The position numbers and the translations under genes were made by a program. A stretch of 64,000 nt of DNA. It comes from Candidatus Paceibacter sp. (GTDB lineage Bacteria; Patescibacteriota; Patescibacteriia; S139-126). Shown piece after piece: positions 28,817 through 39,345 of this stretch (positions within the stretch are counted from its first letter, which is position 1; each line of letters begins with the position of its first letter). The notes under the pieces were generated by a model, which was given only the letters and a program-made list of their open reading frames with translations, did not search any database and had not been told where the DNA came from. The stretch spans positions 6,351-70,350 of the forward strand of contig DYGA01000004.1 in NCBI GenBank assembly GCA_020724865.1, in the 5' to 3' direction.

Positions 28817-29554
28817 TTAATTTTTTTTAACTTTTTTTTCTTCAACCTTTGGTTTTTTTTCATATTCTTTTTTTCCAAAACTAACTGCTGCGGCAATAAC
28901 TTTTGTAATAATTTCCACTGACTTTACAGCGTCATCATTGGCTGGTATAGGTAAATCTACCTTACTAGGATCTACATTAGTATCACACATAGCCACAATT
29001 GGCACACCTTTTTTTCTCGCTTCTGTTACGGCTGTTTTCTCTTCACGAATATCTACGACATAAACTATACTTGGTAGTTTAACCATCTGTCTAATACCAC
29101 CAACTTTTTGTATTAAATTTTGATAATCCTTTTCCAATTCCAATTGTTCTTTTTTTGTATACTTATTCCATTCACCTTTTTCTTTTTGCTTTTCCAATTT
29201 ATCTAATTTTCTAATCAATTTAATAATTGTACTAAAATTAGTAAAAGTCCCTCCTACCCATTTATCAATCACATAAGGGCTATTGGCCGATTCAGCAGCT
29301 TGTTTGACTATATCCCTAATCTGCCGTTTAGTGCCGATAAACAATACTTCGCCACCATTGGCAGTTTCGTCAATAATAAAATTTACCGCTTTTTCTAATT
29401 GCGCGTAAGTTTTTTCCAAATCAATAATATGGACATCATTTCTTTGAGTATAAATAAAAGGCTTCATTTTTGGATGCCAACGTGACTTTTTATGGCCAAA
29501 ATGAACCCCTGATTTTAACATCTCCATTAGAGATGGAAGTTTTAATTTTTCCAT
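28817..29554 (-). CDS. rpsB: 30S ribosomal protein S2
   Basis: GVHFGH..WHPKM, WVGGTFTN, DTNVDP, PANDDA; ATG at 29554 preferred. Confidence 0.97.
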   Translation of the reverse strand: MEKLKLPSLMEMLKSGVHFGHKKSRWHPKMKPFIYTQRNDVHIIDLEKTYAQLEKAVNFIIDETANGGEVLFIGTKRQIRDIVKQAAESANSPYVIDKWVGGTFTNFSTIIKLIRKLDKLEKQKEKGEWNKYTKKEQLELEKDYQNLIQKVGGIRQMVKLPSIVYVVDIREEKTAVTEARKKGVPIVAMCDTNVDPSKVDLPIPANDDAVKSVEIITKVIAAAVSFGKKEYEKKPKVEEKKVKKN

Positions 29555-29710
29555 TACTTTTTTCCTTTCTTTCCTCAAAATTTTTGAGGAGCCTCTACTT
29601 TTCTCAACTTAGTTTATATACCCAAAGACAAAATGGGCAGGAAAATAAACTAATCAAAAAGTATGAGTGATTTAATATTTAATAAAAGATCTCATTTGAG
29701 ATCATAAATA
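29555..29710 (-). promoter_or_regulatory. Possible S2 leader / structured 5' UTR
   Basis: Long UTR with TACTTTT..AAAAGTA-GAGGC pairing and further hairpins; TTGCCA/TATAAT promoter near 29711-29738. Confidence 0.4.
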
Positions 29711-29794
29711 TTATAACAAAAAAATAAAATCTGGCAAGTTCAATTAGCCAAAATAAAAAAATATGCTAAAATTAGAAAGATAAATTAAATATCT

Positions 29795-30196
29795 ATGAAC
29801 GGATTAGAAAAAATTATCCTAAACAGAATTAAAAAACCTTGGAAATGGTTATCAGACATTTGGGGAATTTTAGCTATGATAATATTTACTTGGGATTTTT
29901 TTCAACCTGATAAATTACGTGTAGAAACCACGGGAATAGCTATTATTTATACAGCCATTTTGGTAATTTACGTATCCAACAAAGAATACCTCCGCTGGCA
30001 AAAAAATAATTTTGTTTCCCAATATGCTGGTGAAATTTTTATTGTCTTGTGGACCGTTTTGTTATTTTTATTTGTTTTCCTGACAGCTCTGTTTCCAGAA
30101 AAATACACTGTTCCGGCTACCTTTTATACAACTTATATTACCATTTTGGGATTATTTGCTATTTCTTTAAATTCTAAAAAATTAAAGAAAAATTAA
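29795..30196 (+). CDS. Hypothetical membrane protein (about 4 TM)
   Basis: Hydrophobic segments in a 133-aa ORF. Confidence 0.6.
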   Translation: MNGLEKIILNRIKKPWKWLSDIWGILAMIIFTWDFFQPDKLRVETTGIAIIYTAILVIYVSNKEYLRWQKNNFVSQYAGEIFIVLWTVLLFLFVFLTALFPEKYTVPATFYTTYITILGLFAISLNSKKLKKN

Positions 30197-30262
30197 ACTT
30201 GCCTATTTTTAGTGAATATGTTAGTATATTTCTACTTTAAACAATTGAATTTATAAGTTATT

Positions 30263-30544
30263 ATGAAACCGAATATCCATCCAAAATATTATCCGCAAGC
30301 GACTATCAGTTGTGCCTGTGGTCAAACTTTTACCGTTGGTTCAACCGTAGAAAAAATTAATGTAGAAATTTGTTCTAATTGCCATCCATTTTATACTGGT
30401 AAATCAACTATCGTTGATACTGCGGGGAGAGTTGATAGATTCAAAAAACGACAAGCCAAAGCTGAAGAAAAAGTTAAAAAAACATTGTCACCTGCACAAA
30501 AAAAAGCTAAAGCCATATCACGACGCGGTAAAAAAGAAAAATAA
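30263..30544 (+). CDS. rpmE: 50S ribosomal protein L31
   Basis: [25 protein letters not shown]. Confidence 0.97.
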   Translation: MKPNIHPKYYPQATISCACGQTFTVGSTVEKINVEICSNCHPFYTGKSTIVDTAGRVDRFKKRQAKAEEKVKKTLSPAQKKAKAISRRGKKEK

Positions 30545-30558
30545 CCACATAAATATCA

Positions 30559-30590
30559 AAAATCCCTGCTTTTATAATGGCAGGGATTTT
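30559..30590 (+). terminator. Intrinsic terminator
   Basis: AAAATCCCTGC/GCAGGGATTTT. Confidence 0.7.
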
Positions 30591-30604
30591 GTTATGCTTT
30601 TAAT

Positions 30605-31651
30605 ATGATGAAAGAAAAAATTGAACAACTTAAAAAAACTTGTCAGGAACTTGAAAAAAAACTGGCTGAATCTAGTAAAGATCCGCAAGCTTTAAAAATA
30701 AATTCTCAAGCTTACAATGAGGCCAAGGAATTATTGGGTCTTTATGAAAAACTTAACCAAACTATCAATGCTATTAATGAAGCTGAGGCAGCTTTAAATG
30801 AAACCGACCCCGAGTTAAGAACTTTAGCTGAGGAAGAACTAGCTCAACTTAATCCAAAAAAAATTGAATTGGAAGAAAAAATAAAAGAAATCGAACATCC
30901 AGCTTCACCTTATGATAAAAAAAATATCATTATGGAAATTAGAGCCGGAACAGGTGGCGAAGAAGCCGCTTTATTTGCCGGCGATTTATTTCGTATGTAT
31001 TCACGTTGGGCAGAAAAACAAGGTTGGAAAACTACACTACTATCAACCAATCGAACTGGGATTGGTGGTTTTAAAGAAATTATTTTTGAGATATCGGGCA
31101 AAAATGTTTACAGCAATTTAAAATATGAATCGGGTGTCCATAGAGTACAAAGAGTGCCAATCACAGAAAAATCAGGACGGATTCATACTTCCGCTGCTAC
31201 TGTGGCGGTGATGCCAGAAGCGGAAGAAATTGATTTAAAAATTGATCCTAAAGACTTAGAAATTGAAGCATCTACTTCTACTGGACATGGCGGACAATCA
31301 GTAAATACTACCTACTCAGCAATCCGGATTACCCATAAACCAACTGGCATTGTGGTTAAATGCCAAGATGAGCGCAGTCAACAACAAAATAAAGCCAAAG
31401 CTATGCAAGTATTACGTTCAAGATTGCTAGCTTTAGAAGAAGAAAAAAGACAACAAGCTGAATCAGCTTTACGTAAATCTCAAGTTGGCTCAGGCGATCG
31501 CAGCGAAAAAATAAGAACTTATAATTGGCCACAGAATCGTTTAACTGATCACCGCATAAATCTTACCCTACATAATCTTGACTTAATTTTGGATGGTGAT
31601 TTAGACGAAATTATTACTGCTTTAAAAAAAGCCGATAAAACTAATAATTAA
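30605..31651 (+). CDS. prfA: Peptide chain release factor 1
   Basis: [14 protein letters not shown] (PxT), [13 protein letters not shown]. Confidence 0.96.
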   Translation: MMKEKIEQLKKTCQELEKKLAESSKDPQALKINSQAYNEAKELLGLYEKLNQTINAINEAEAALNETDPELRTLAEEELAQLNPKKIELEEKIKEIEHPASPYDKKNIIMEIRAGTGGEEAALFAGDLFRMYSRWAEKQGWKTTLLSTNRTGIGGFKEIIFEISGKNVYSNLKYESGVHRVQRVPITEKSGRIHTSAATVAVMPEAEEIDLKIDPKDLEIEASTSTGHGGQSVNTTYSAIRITHKPTGIVVKCQDERSQQQNKAKAMQVLRSRLLALEEEKRQQAESALRKSQVGSGDRSEKIRTYNWPQNRLTDHRINLTLHNLDLILDGDLDEIITALKKADKTNN

Positions 31652-31665
31652 TATTCTGTATAGTT

Positions 31666-32820
31666 ATGCAAAACACCAGAAAAAAAATTTGGCAAATTTT
31701 CGGTCTGGTGGTTATTTGGCGTGTTATTATTCAATTGTTTATTTTCCTCACTAAACACCGTCTGAATTTAAATGTTGATTTAGCCTATGATAATTCCAAT
31801 ATAAACATCTGGGTAAACACTCTACCAAATTGGCTTAAAAGTTTTGCCAATTGGGACTCGGGTTGGTATTTATCAATCGCTAACCAAGGCTATCATTATA
31901 TTGATCAAACCACAAATGCGGTTTTTTTTCCCTTATATCCCCTACTAATTAGATATATTGGTAACATTTTTAAACTGGACTACTTATTAACTGGTTTAAT
32001 AATTTCTCTATTGGCTATTTTTATTGCCTTGATTTATCTATATAAACTTATTAAAATTGACTATTCGGAAAATATTGCCTGGTCAAGTTTAATTTTTCTA
32101 TTAATATTTCCCACTGCTCTATTTTTTTCCTTGGTTTATACCGAAGCACTATTTATCTGTTTGGTGATAATGACTTTTTACTACGCCAGACAAAACCAAT
32201 GGCCGTTAGTAGGTATTATTGGCTTTTTTGTGGTATTAACTAAACCGTGGGGCATAGCTTTATTAATACCATTACTAATTGAATATTATCAAACATTAAA
32301 CTTTTCAATTAAAAAAACTACAAAAAGCATAGGCTATTTTTTATTAATGCCCTTAGGTTTTCTTTTGCACGCTCAATTTTTAAAAATTAAATTTGGTTCT
32401 TACTTTATATTTATGAGCGGACAAAAAATGTGGCACGCTGATAACGCTTATAATTTTTTATTGACTTTTAAAAATTACTTTAATAATATTTTCATTTATA
32501 TTTCTGACAATCCGGCTTTTCAATCAGCAATAACTTTGGATTTTATATTTTTTGTTTTCGGATTAACAGCCAGTTTTTATATATTTTTTAAAATTAGGAA
32601 ATCTTATGGAGTGTATACCCTGCTTACCTGTTTAATTCCTGCTTTAACTGGAATCTTTGTATCTATGTCTCGTTATATATTAGTTGCTTTCCCTATTTAT
32701 ATTATGTTAGCCTTATGGTCAGAAAAAAATAAATTAATTCAATTTAGTATTTATCTAATTTCTCTAATGTTATTTAGTTTATTTACTATTTTGTTTATAA
32801 ATAATTATTGGGTGGCTTAA
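31666..32820 (+). CDS. GT-C membrane glycosyltransferase (PIG-V/mannosyltransferase-like)
   Basis: WDSGWYLSIA.QGY, FFPLYP, YTEALF, SMSRY, many TMs. Confidence 0.8.
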   Translation: MQNTRKKIWQIFGLVVIWRVIIQLFIFLTKHRLNLNVDLAYDNSNINIWVNTLPNWLKSFANWDSGWYLSIANQGYHYIDQTTNAVFFPLYPLLIRYIGNIFKLDYLLTGLIISLLAIFIALIYLYKLIKIDYSENIAWSSLIFLLIFPTALFFSLVYTEALFICLVIMTFYYARQNQWPLVGIIGFFVVLTKPWGIALLIPLLIEYYQTLNFSIKKTTKSIGYFLLMPLGFLLHAQFLKIKFGSYFIFMSGQKMWHADNAYNFLLTFKNYFNNIFIYISDNPAFQSAITLDFIFFVFGLTASFYIFFKIRKSYGVYTLLTCLIPALTGIFVSMSRYILVAFPIYIMLALWSEKNKLIQFSIYLISLMLFSLFTILFINNYWVA

Positions 32821-32845
32821 AAAATATTTGCATGTTGATGAATAT

Positions 32846-33667
32846 ATGACTATAAAAGAAATTTTAAACTGGGCTAGCAACAAATTAAAATTTTTAAATT
32901 CTCCTCAGCTTGACGCTGAGGTGCTTTTAAGTTTTGTTTTAAAAAAAGACAAAATATATCTTTATACTTATCCGGAAAAGTCGCTTACTATTACACAAAT
33001 TAAAAAATATATATCACTAATAAATAAACGACGAAATTATGTACCAGTTGCTTACTTAACTCATCATAAAGAATTTTATAATCTAAATTTTTATATTAAT
33101 AAAAATGTCCTTGTCCCTCGACCAGCTACAGAAATTTTAGTTGACCAAAGTATCAGTTTAATAAACAAATATAATCTGAAAACCTTAGCCGATATTGGTA
33201 CGGGTAGTGGTTGTATAGCTATTAGTATAAAAAAAAATCTGCCCCAAATAAAAGTATACGCCAATGATATAAATAAAAAAGCTCTTTGGGTAGCTAAAAA
33301 AAATGCTCAGTTAAATAAAACAAAAATAATTTTTAAACATGGAGATTTATTAACACCATATAAACATTTGCCAATTGATATTTTTGTTGCCAATTTGCCT
33401 TATCTTAGCCATAAAATTTATCAAAAAGAAAAATCAATTAAACATGAACCCAAACAAGCCCTTTTTGCTAAAAATCAAGGACTTAAGTATATTGAAGATG
33501 TAATTTTGCAAATAGAAAATCTTGATTATAAACCTAAATTCTTATTAATTGAATTTGACCCTTGGCAAAAAAAAATTATTATCAATAAAACAAAAAAATA
33601 CAATTATAAAACTAAAATAATTAAAGATTTTGATCAACTTGATCGCACATTAACAATTGAATTATAA
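32846..33667 (+). CDS. prmC: Release factor glutamine methyltransferase
   Basis: LDAEVLL, PVAY, VLVPRPATE, DIGTGSG, ANLPY. Confidence 0.92.
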   Translation: MTIKEILNWASNKLKFLNSPQLDAEVLLSFVLKKDKIYLYTYPEKSLTITQIKKYISLINKRRNYVPVAYLTHHKEFYNLNFYINKNVLVPRPATEILVDQSISLINKYNLKTLADIGTGSGCIAISIKKNLPQIKVYANDINKKALWVAKKNAQLNKTKIIFKHGDLLTPYKHLPIDIFVANLPYLSHKIYQKEKSIKHEPKQALFAKNQGLKYIEDVILQIENLDYKPKFLLIEFDPWQKKIIINKTKKYNYKTKIIKDFDQLDRTLTIEL

Positions 33668-33699
33668 ACTTAAAAATAATTGATAAAAAGGAGACGAAA

Positions 33700-34059
33700 A
33701 TGGAATGGGAATTAACAGCAAAAATATTTGATTATTACAGGGGAAGCAATCAAGAGGATATCTTAACAGACGATGAAAATATCCAAAAAATAAAAAATGT
33801 TTGCTCGCAATGGAACCAAACTGGACCAGGTTTTGGTATTCAAATTATAACCATCGACAAAAAAATTCATCGCGGTCTGGCGTGGTGTATTTTTCCTTAT
33901 AAAAAGAAAATTAAATACTACTTGGAAGAATATCATCAAGATAAAGTTATGATTAACTATTATGAGATACCGTTTAATAATATCATCAGCATAAAATATT
34001 TAGGCAAAACAAACACAGTCAGACCAGTAATAAATCAACCGTTATTCAATCATCACTAA
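33700..34059 (+). CDS. Hypothetical protein
   Basis: 119-aa ORF with SD AAGGAG. Confidence 0.55.
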   Translation: MEWELTAKIFDYYRGSNQEDILTDDENIQKIKNVCSQWNQTGPGFGIQIITIDKKIHRGLAWCIFPYKKKIKYYLEEYHQDKVMINYYEIPFNNIISIKYLGKTNTVRPVINQPLFNHH

Positions 34060-34073
34060 ACCGTGGAGGCGAA

Positions 34074-34469
34074 ATGAAAAAACTAAATAATTTATTAATA
34101 ATTTTGCGGCAACAGTGGTTGGCAGACAAAAAAATGGACATAAATATTTTGCTAAATGTCAATGACGAAATTAGATTACTTAACCGCAAAGAAAAAAAAC
34201 CACTAAAAGTAAATTTGAGTTTTTATAAACTCAAAAGATTACAAACAATTACCGGTCTTTGTTCATATTTAAATTTATTGATTGGAAATAGAATTAACAA
34301 TAGCTATTTGACGGCAGAAATTAAAACTTGGAAAAAAATAAACAGAAAAAGCTGTGGTAAAACTATAAAACAAAAAATATACTATTTGAAAAAAGTTAAA
34401 ATTCCAATATACAATCTTATGTCAATCCAAGCTGAAACTATTCCCAATTTATTAAAAAAGTACATATAA
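34074..34469 (+). CDS. Hypothetical basic protein
   Basis: 131-aa ORF with SD GGAGG. Confidence 0.55.
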   Translation: MKKLNNLLIILRQQWLADKKMDINILLNVNDEIRLLNRKEKKPLKVNLSFYKLKRLQTITGLCSYLNLLIGNRINNSYLTAEIKTWKKINRKSCGKTIKQKIYYLKKVKIPIYNLMSIQAETIPNLLKKYI

Positions 34470-34500
34470 AACCTGTTAATTAATTTATTAACAGGTTTTT
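34468..34500. terminator. Bidirectional terminator
   Basis: AAAACCTGTTAAT/ATTAACAGGTTTT. Confidence 0.7.
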
Positions 34501-34514
34501 CTCTTTTATAATTT

Positions 34515-35606
34515 TTATTCAAATATTATTTCCCTATTCTCAGGTACAACTAAAATCCAAGTTAATCCTGGCAATAAAACTACTTTATTTTCTTGATCAA
34601 TAAATTCAGTTGGCGAAAATTCTGTATTTTTAAACCAAGTAATATTTTTTTTATTCCCGGACTGAATTAAATATCCATCACCCTTACCAACAATCGTCAG
34701 TGATAATCTTCCGGCATTGTCTAAAACAATTTCAGGCGGAATTAATTGAATGATTATATTACTAACATCTATTGGCAAACCAGTTGCCGAATCTTTTTTA
34801 AAATTTTTACCATCATAACGTCGATAAGTATTTACATCTGGTAAATAAACAAACTGAGCATCATAAATTTCTCCATTACTAAAATCAACCATTATCTTAA
34901 CAGCACTCGAACTCGATACTAAAGATAGATTGCTAGAATAAATAAAATTATCATAAACGCCGCGAACGTTTTTGTCTAAATTAAAATCCAATAATACCTG
35001 TTTTAAATTTTGAGAATTTATATATAAATTATGTGGAGCAGATTTTTTTGGACTACGATAAAAATATCTTGGCCCATAACCAGATATTTCATTTAAATCT
35101 ATAACTGGGCTCCTAGCAATTAAGGACAAAGCATCTGGACTACCACCGGCATGGACATATAAAGCGGCAAATTCTGAAGCCCAACTGACAAAATAAGGAC
35201 GCGCTGATCTAACCGGACCTATTTCAGTTTCAACCTTATTCAAATTTATTATGGCCATTAATCGTGTTGCACCGCCTTCTACTGGAGCTTCATAAATAAA
35301 ATCAGCCGTTCCTAAGCCGCTTTGCGGCCTAGCTAAAGAATTATTATCAATCATCACAGCTACAGGATAAGTAGAAGAAACCATTTGAATAAAAGTTTGC
35401 TCATTGGCTATTTTTTCATTAGCAACAGATTCTTTATTTAAATCATAAAAATATTTAGGCTCAACAATAGCTAAACTACTAATGACATTTTCAAATAAAA
35501 TAAAACTTCCAAAAACCAACCAGACAAACAAGCACAAAACTATTATGGCAATTATTTTATCTCGATAAACAAAAAACAAATCTTTATTTTTCCTATTATT
35601 GGTCAT
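34515..35606 (-). CDS. DUF3048 (YerB-like) domain protein
   Basis: PVAVMIDN..ARPQSGL, YEAPVEGGATR, GPVRSAR, APHNLY. Confidence 0.88.
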   Translation of the reverse strand: MTNNRKNKDLFFVYRDKIIAIIVLCLFVWLVFGSFILFENVISSLAIVEPKYFYDLNKESVANEKIANEQTFIQMVSSTYPVAVMIDNNSLARPQSGLGTADFIYEAPVEGGATRLMAIINLNKVETEIGPVRSARPYFVSWASEFAALYVHAGGSPDALSLIARSPVIDLNEISGYGPRYFYRSPKKSAPHNLYINSQNLKQVLLDFNLDKNVRGVYDNFIYSSNLSLVSSSSAVKIMVDFSNGEIYDAQFVYLPDVNTYRRYDGKNFKKDSATGLPIDVSNIIIQLIPPEIVLDNAGRLSLTIVGKGDGYLIQSGNKKNITWFKNTEFSPTEFIDQENKVVLLPGLTWILVVPENREIIFE

Positions 35607-36099
35607 TTTTCATTATAGTAAAACCGTTGGGTAATTCTTTAGCAAAATTATATTTAGGACAACTACCTTGACCGTGATCATTTTGATAAGTTTCAAAATT
35701 AACAATTTGCAATACATAATACTCAGTCAAACAATTATTACTACCATAAGGAAATTTTTGATAACGATAAAAATAAGTATTATTATTTAAAGGATCTCTA
35801 ATTTGTCCTGTTAATATATTTTCATCATATAAAGGTTTTAAAAAATTGGAAGATCCGCCACTTGGTGAAATTGTCATATCCCAACCTTGCCAATCATCTT
35901 CCGATTCAGGATATTTGCCATGACGATCATAATAAATATCTAAAGCTTTGACTATTTGATTGATATCAGCTTTACGCTTAGTATCTCTAACTTTTGCTCT
36001 TATATCATCAAAACCAACAAAAAATATCACCAAAATACAGCTGACAATTATGATGGCAAAGCTTTTTCTTAATTTACTTGTTCCTTTGGTTTGCAACAT
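35596..36099 (-). CDS. Pilin-like protein lacking canonical prepilin cleavage site
   Basis: RAKVRDTKRKADINQIVKALDIYY..GKYP and DP motif; no GFTLxE. Confidence 0.6.
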   Translation of the reverse strand: MLQTKGTSKLRKSFAIIIVSCILVIFFVGFDDIRAKVRDTKRKADINQIVKALDIYYDRHGKYPESEDDWQGWDMTISPSGGSSNFLKPLYDENILTGQIRDPLNNNTYFYRYQKFPYGSNNCLTEYYVLQIVNFETYQNDHGQGSCPKYNFAKELPNGFTIMKNDQ

Positions 36100-36137
36100 A
36101 TTATCTTAATATATTATAATTATAACACATTAAATAA

Positions 36138-36170
36138 AAAATAAATTCCGCTATTTGCGGAATTTATTTT
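36138..36170 (-). terminator. Intrinsic terminator after rplY
   Basis: AAAATAAATTCCGC/GCGGAATTTATTTT. Confidence 0.75.
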
Positions 36171-36184
36171 ACATATAATTATAT

Positions 36185-36844
36185 TTATTTATTGTCCTTA
36201 CTGGATTCAGTTTCAGTTTTAACTTCAGCCCCTTCAGTTTCAGTTTTAACTTCAGCCCCTTCAGTTTCAGTCGCTACTTCTTCAGATTTTGCTTCCACTC
36301 TAGGTTGTTGGACTAAACAAATCGGCACATCATTTTCGACCAAAACTTCAATGCCCGCCGGCCAACTTACATCACCAACAGTTATAACTTTACCAAATTC
36401 ATCAAGTGGACTAATGTCAATTTCTACTTTTGCTATTAAATCTTTTGGTAAACAAGTAATCGGTACATGACTTAAACTTTTTACCAAAATGCCTCCCAAC
36501 TCTTTTACAGCTCTCGCCGTACCAATAAATTCAAGGGGCAAATCGGTTGTAAGTTTTTCGTCCATTTTCACTACATAAAAATCAACATGAATCACTTGGT
36601 CGTTAACAGGATCCAACTGAACATCTTTAATTAGTACATTAAAAGGTTTAGCATCATCAACAGATAACATAACTAAGGTGCTTTCACCAACTTGATTAAA
36701 AAGCTTTTCAAAATCTACCCGAGAGAAAATGACATGAATGTTTTTCTTATTGTGCCCATAAACTTCCCCGGGTATAAATCCTTGCTGACGTAAATCTAAA
36801 AGGTTTACATCATCTGGCCGTGTTTTTACTTTAAATTCATACAT
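36185..36844 (-). CDS. rplY: 50S ribosomal protein L25 (Ctc type)
   Basis: LRQQGFIPGEVYG, QLDPV..HVDFY, VKELGG, acidic tail. Confidence 0.93.
   Translation of the reverse strand: MYEFKVKTRPDDVNLLDLRQQGFIPGEVYGHNKKNIHVIFSRVDFEKLFNQVGESTLVMLSVDDAKPFNVLIKDVQLDPVNDQVIHVDFYVVKMDEKLTTDLPLEFIGTARAVKELGGILVKSLSHVPITCLPKDLIAKVEIDISPLDEFGKVITVGDVSWPAGIEVLVENDVPICLVQQPRVEAKSEEVATETEGAEVKTETEGAEVKTETESSKDNK
36206..36271. repeat. 27-bp perfect tandem repeat (about 2.4 copies) in the rplY tail
   Basis: TTCAGTTTCAGTTTTAACTTCAGCCCC x2 plus 12 nt; encodes TETEGAEVK repeats. Confidence 0.85.
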
Positions 36845-36909
36845 ATTATAAAACTTAACAATTACGTGCTATCTATTGTAACAAAAAAAAATAAGTAGTC
36901 AACCCTGCC

Positions 36910-37998
36910 TTAGCGATCGTGCACATAGATGCTTTGCACTAAACCTAAAGCCAAAAGTACTGATAACAAAGAAGAACCACCAGCAGAAACAAGCGGTAAA
37001 GGCACACCGGCAACTGGTAATAATCCAATATTCATTCCAATATTTATCATTAATTGAACAAATATATAAACAATAACACCTAAAGCAATAAATTTACCAA
37101 AGTCCGTTCGGGCTATTATTAAAATTCTTAATAAACGATAAAAAAAGAAAAAATAAACCAATAAAAAAACTAAACTGCCCAAAAAACCAAAATTTTCTGC
37201 AATCACAGCGAAAATAAAATCCGTTTGTGCTTCAGGCAAAAATTTTAATTGGGATTGAGTGCCAAAACCTAAACCTCTGCCCCACAATCCACCTGAACCA
37301 ATAGCAACTTTGGCTTGAGTGATATTATAACCTTCTCCTAATGGATCAACATTGGAATTTAAAAATGTCATAATTCGTGTTTTTTGATAAGGCTGCAAGA
37401 AAAAATTCCAACTCAAAATCGCACCCAACGATATTAAAAATATGATCAAAATATAATGCCAACGTCTCAACGGCATAAAAAATATTGTTGCCAATAATAT
37501 AAAAAATAAAATCATCGCTGATCCCAAGTCCGGCTGTTGAATAATTAAAAACATCAAAATACCAGTTAATAAACTAACAAAAAAAATTTTAGATAGTAAA
37601 TTATTAGGATTTACTGAACTTGTGAGGAATCTGGCTAAAAAAACAATAAATAAAACTTTCACAAATTCTACTGGTTGAATACTTATTGGTCCGAAAATAA
37701 ACCAAGCTTTAATATTACGAACTTCCTCACCAAAAAATAGTACTGCGACTAATAACAACAGAGAAAGTAAATAAGATAACCAGCCATAATGCTGCCAAAT
37801 TTTATAATTTTTATTAACTAAAAACAAATAACCAAAAATGCCAATAAAAAATGCTAATAATTGTTTGGTAAAAAATGATGTTTTTCCTGGAGAATTATCC
37901 AAACTAAAAAGTATCACTAAACTAAAAATTACCAATATAAAAATGGCTGCTACTAGCAACCAATCTGAATTAATAAATTTTTGCCACCAATTTTTCAT
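36910..37998 (-). CDS. rodA: SEDS peptidoglycan polymerase RodA
   Basis: QPVEFVK, QPDLGS, DPLGEGYNITQAKVAIGSGG, LPEAQTDFIF, GVPLPLVSAGGSS. Confidence 0.9.
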   Translation of the reverse strand: MKNWWQKFINSDWLLVAAIFILVIFSLVILFSLDNSPGKTSFFTKQLLAFFIGIFGYLFLVNKNYKIWQHYGWLSYLLSLLLLVAVLFFGEEVRNIKAWFIFGPISIQPVEFVKVLFIVFLARFLTSSVNPNNLLSKIFFVSLLTGILMFLIIQQPDLGSAMILFFILLATIFFMPLRRWHYILIIFLISLGAILSWNFFLQPYQKTRIMTFLNSNVDPLGEGYNITQAKVAIGSGGLWGRGLGFGTQSQLKFLPEAQTDFIFAVIAENFGFLGSLVFLLVYFFFFYRLLRILIIARTDFGKFIALGVIVYIFVQLMINIGMNIGLLPVAGVPLPLVSAGGSSLLSVLLALGLVQSIYVHDR

Positions 37999-38004
37999 GG
38001 CTAT

Positions 38005-38883
38005 CTAACGAATTAAATTAGGTGTTGTTTCAGGTACTAGACGGATATTTTTTATATCTAATGAATTAGCAAAAACTTTAACTTCGGTACTTAGATCTGA
38101 ATTCATAACTTTTGGCCATAAAATTTCTATTTGACGTCTTTCACCACTAGATAAATCACTGACTGTCAAAGCATTTACTCCTACAATTTTATTTCCTTGC
38201 CTTAAAATTATCTGAGTTTCTACATCCCAAAAGCTATAGGGCGAATCATTTACTAAATTAAAACTAGTAATAATATTTAACTGATTGGTATTGGTAAAAT
38301 TAGTTATCACATTGTCTGCTTTAACTGCCGGTTTAACCCAGTTATTACGACTATCTAACTGTGTTCGATCTTTGACTCTTTCCCATAATTGTCGCCTAAT
38401 AAATAATTTAGCATTACTTACGGAAATATTTTTTGCTAAATTAAAATGAATTAAATATTTTTTATCGCTAGGTAAAATGTTGGTAATATTGGCTGCGGTT
38501 GCTTGACCATCGATAATATAATAATATTCTAGTTCTTTTAACCACCAACGGCTATTTGTATTTTGCACTTCGGTAATTAAATCATAGCCAGTATTCCTAT
38601 CACCTACGGCAACAGTATCGCCCAGCAATAAAGGCTTGGGAGCGTTGGTAGTTTTAATCTGTTCATAATTTGGAACACTGATGGTTAACTCTTGTAACAT
38701 CGCCTGGTGTTGAGGGGTATTTTTTAAATAATTATAAAATTTCCACCCCGCATTTAAATAAATTACAACAATAAAAACAATAAATAAAATTATCAATCCA
38801 GCTCTGATTTTTAGTCTATGCCTAACCCACCAATAGCCTACGGCTAATTCTTTTTCTGTTAATTGTCCAAATTCGTCAGTCAT
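38005..38883 (-). CDS. Membrane-anchored hypothetical protein
   Basis: N-terminal TM, two beta-rich Ig-like halves. Confidence 0.6.
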   Translation of the reverse strand: MTDEFGQLTEKELAVGYWWVRHRLKIRAGLIILFIVFIVVIYLNAGWKFYNYLKNTPQHQAMLQELTISVPNYEQIKTTNAPKPLLLGDTVAVGDRNTGYDLITEVQNTNSRWWLKELEYYYIIDGQATAANITNILPSDKKYLIHFNLAKNISVSNAKLFIRRQLWERVKDRTQLDSRNNWVKPAVKADNVITNFTNTNQLNIITSFNLVNDSPYSFWDVETQIILRQGNKIVGVNALTVSDLSSGERRQIEILWPKVMNSDLSTEVKVFANSLDIKNIRLVPETTPNLIR

Positions 38884-38985
38884 GACTTTATTTTACCTTA
38901 ATTATAATTATTTTTAAAGCAATCATATTTAAGAGTTACAAACCAATAATAATATGATATAATTAGGTCAATATTAAATAACTTT

Positions 38986-39294
38986 ATGATAATTGAAACT
39001 ACAAAAGATTTATTTTGGCTATTATTTGGCCTTTCTATTGTATTATTTACATTATTTGTTTGTTGGGGAATGTTTTATATGATTATGACGATTAGAGATT
39101 TAAGGGAAACTATAAAAAATTTAAAAAGAAAACTAGATTTAGTCGAAGAATTTTTGACTACAGTTAAAGAAAAAATAACCGACACTTCACAATATTTAAA
39201 AACAATTATAGAAACTGTTATAAAAATTACAGGATGGTTTGAACAGCAAAAAAAATCATCCAATAATAAAAAAAATAAATCTGTTACAAAATAA
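38986..39294 (+). CDS. Small membrane coiled-coil protein
   Basis: One TM followed by heptad helix. Confidence 0.6.
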   Translation: MIIETTKDLFWLLFGLSIVLFTLFVCWGMFYMIMTIRDLRETIKNLKRKLDLVEEFLTTVKEKITDTSQYLKTIIETVIKITGWFEQQKKSSNNKKNKSVTK

Positions 39295-39345
39295 ACCCAA
39301 CAAAAATAGGTAAAATAAGAAATATTTACCTAAAATAAAAAAATT

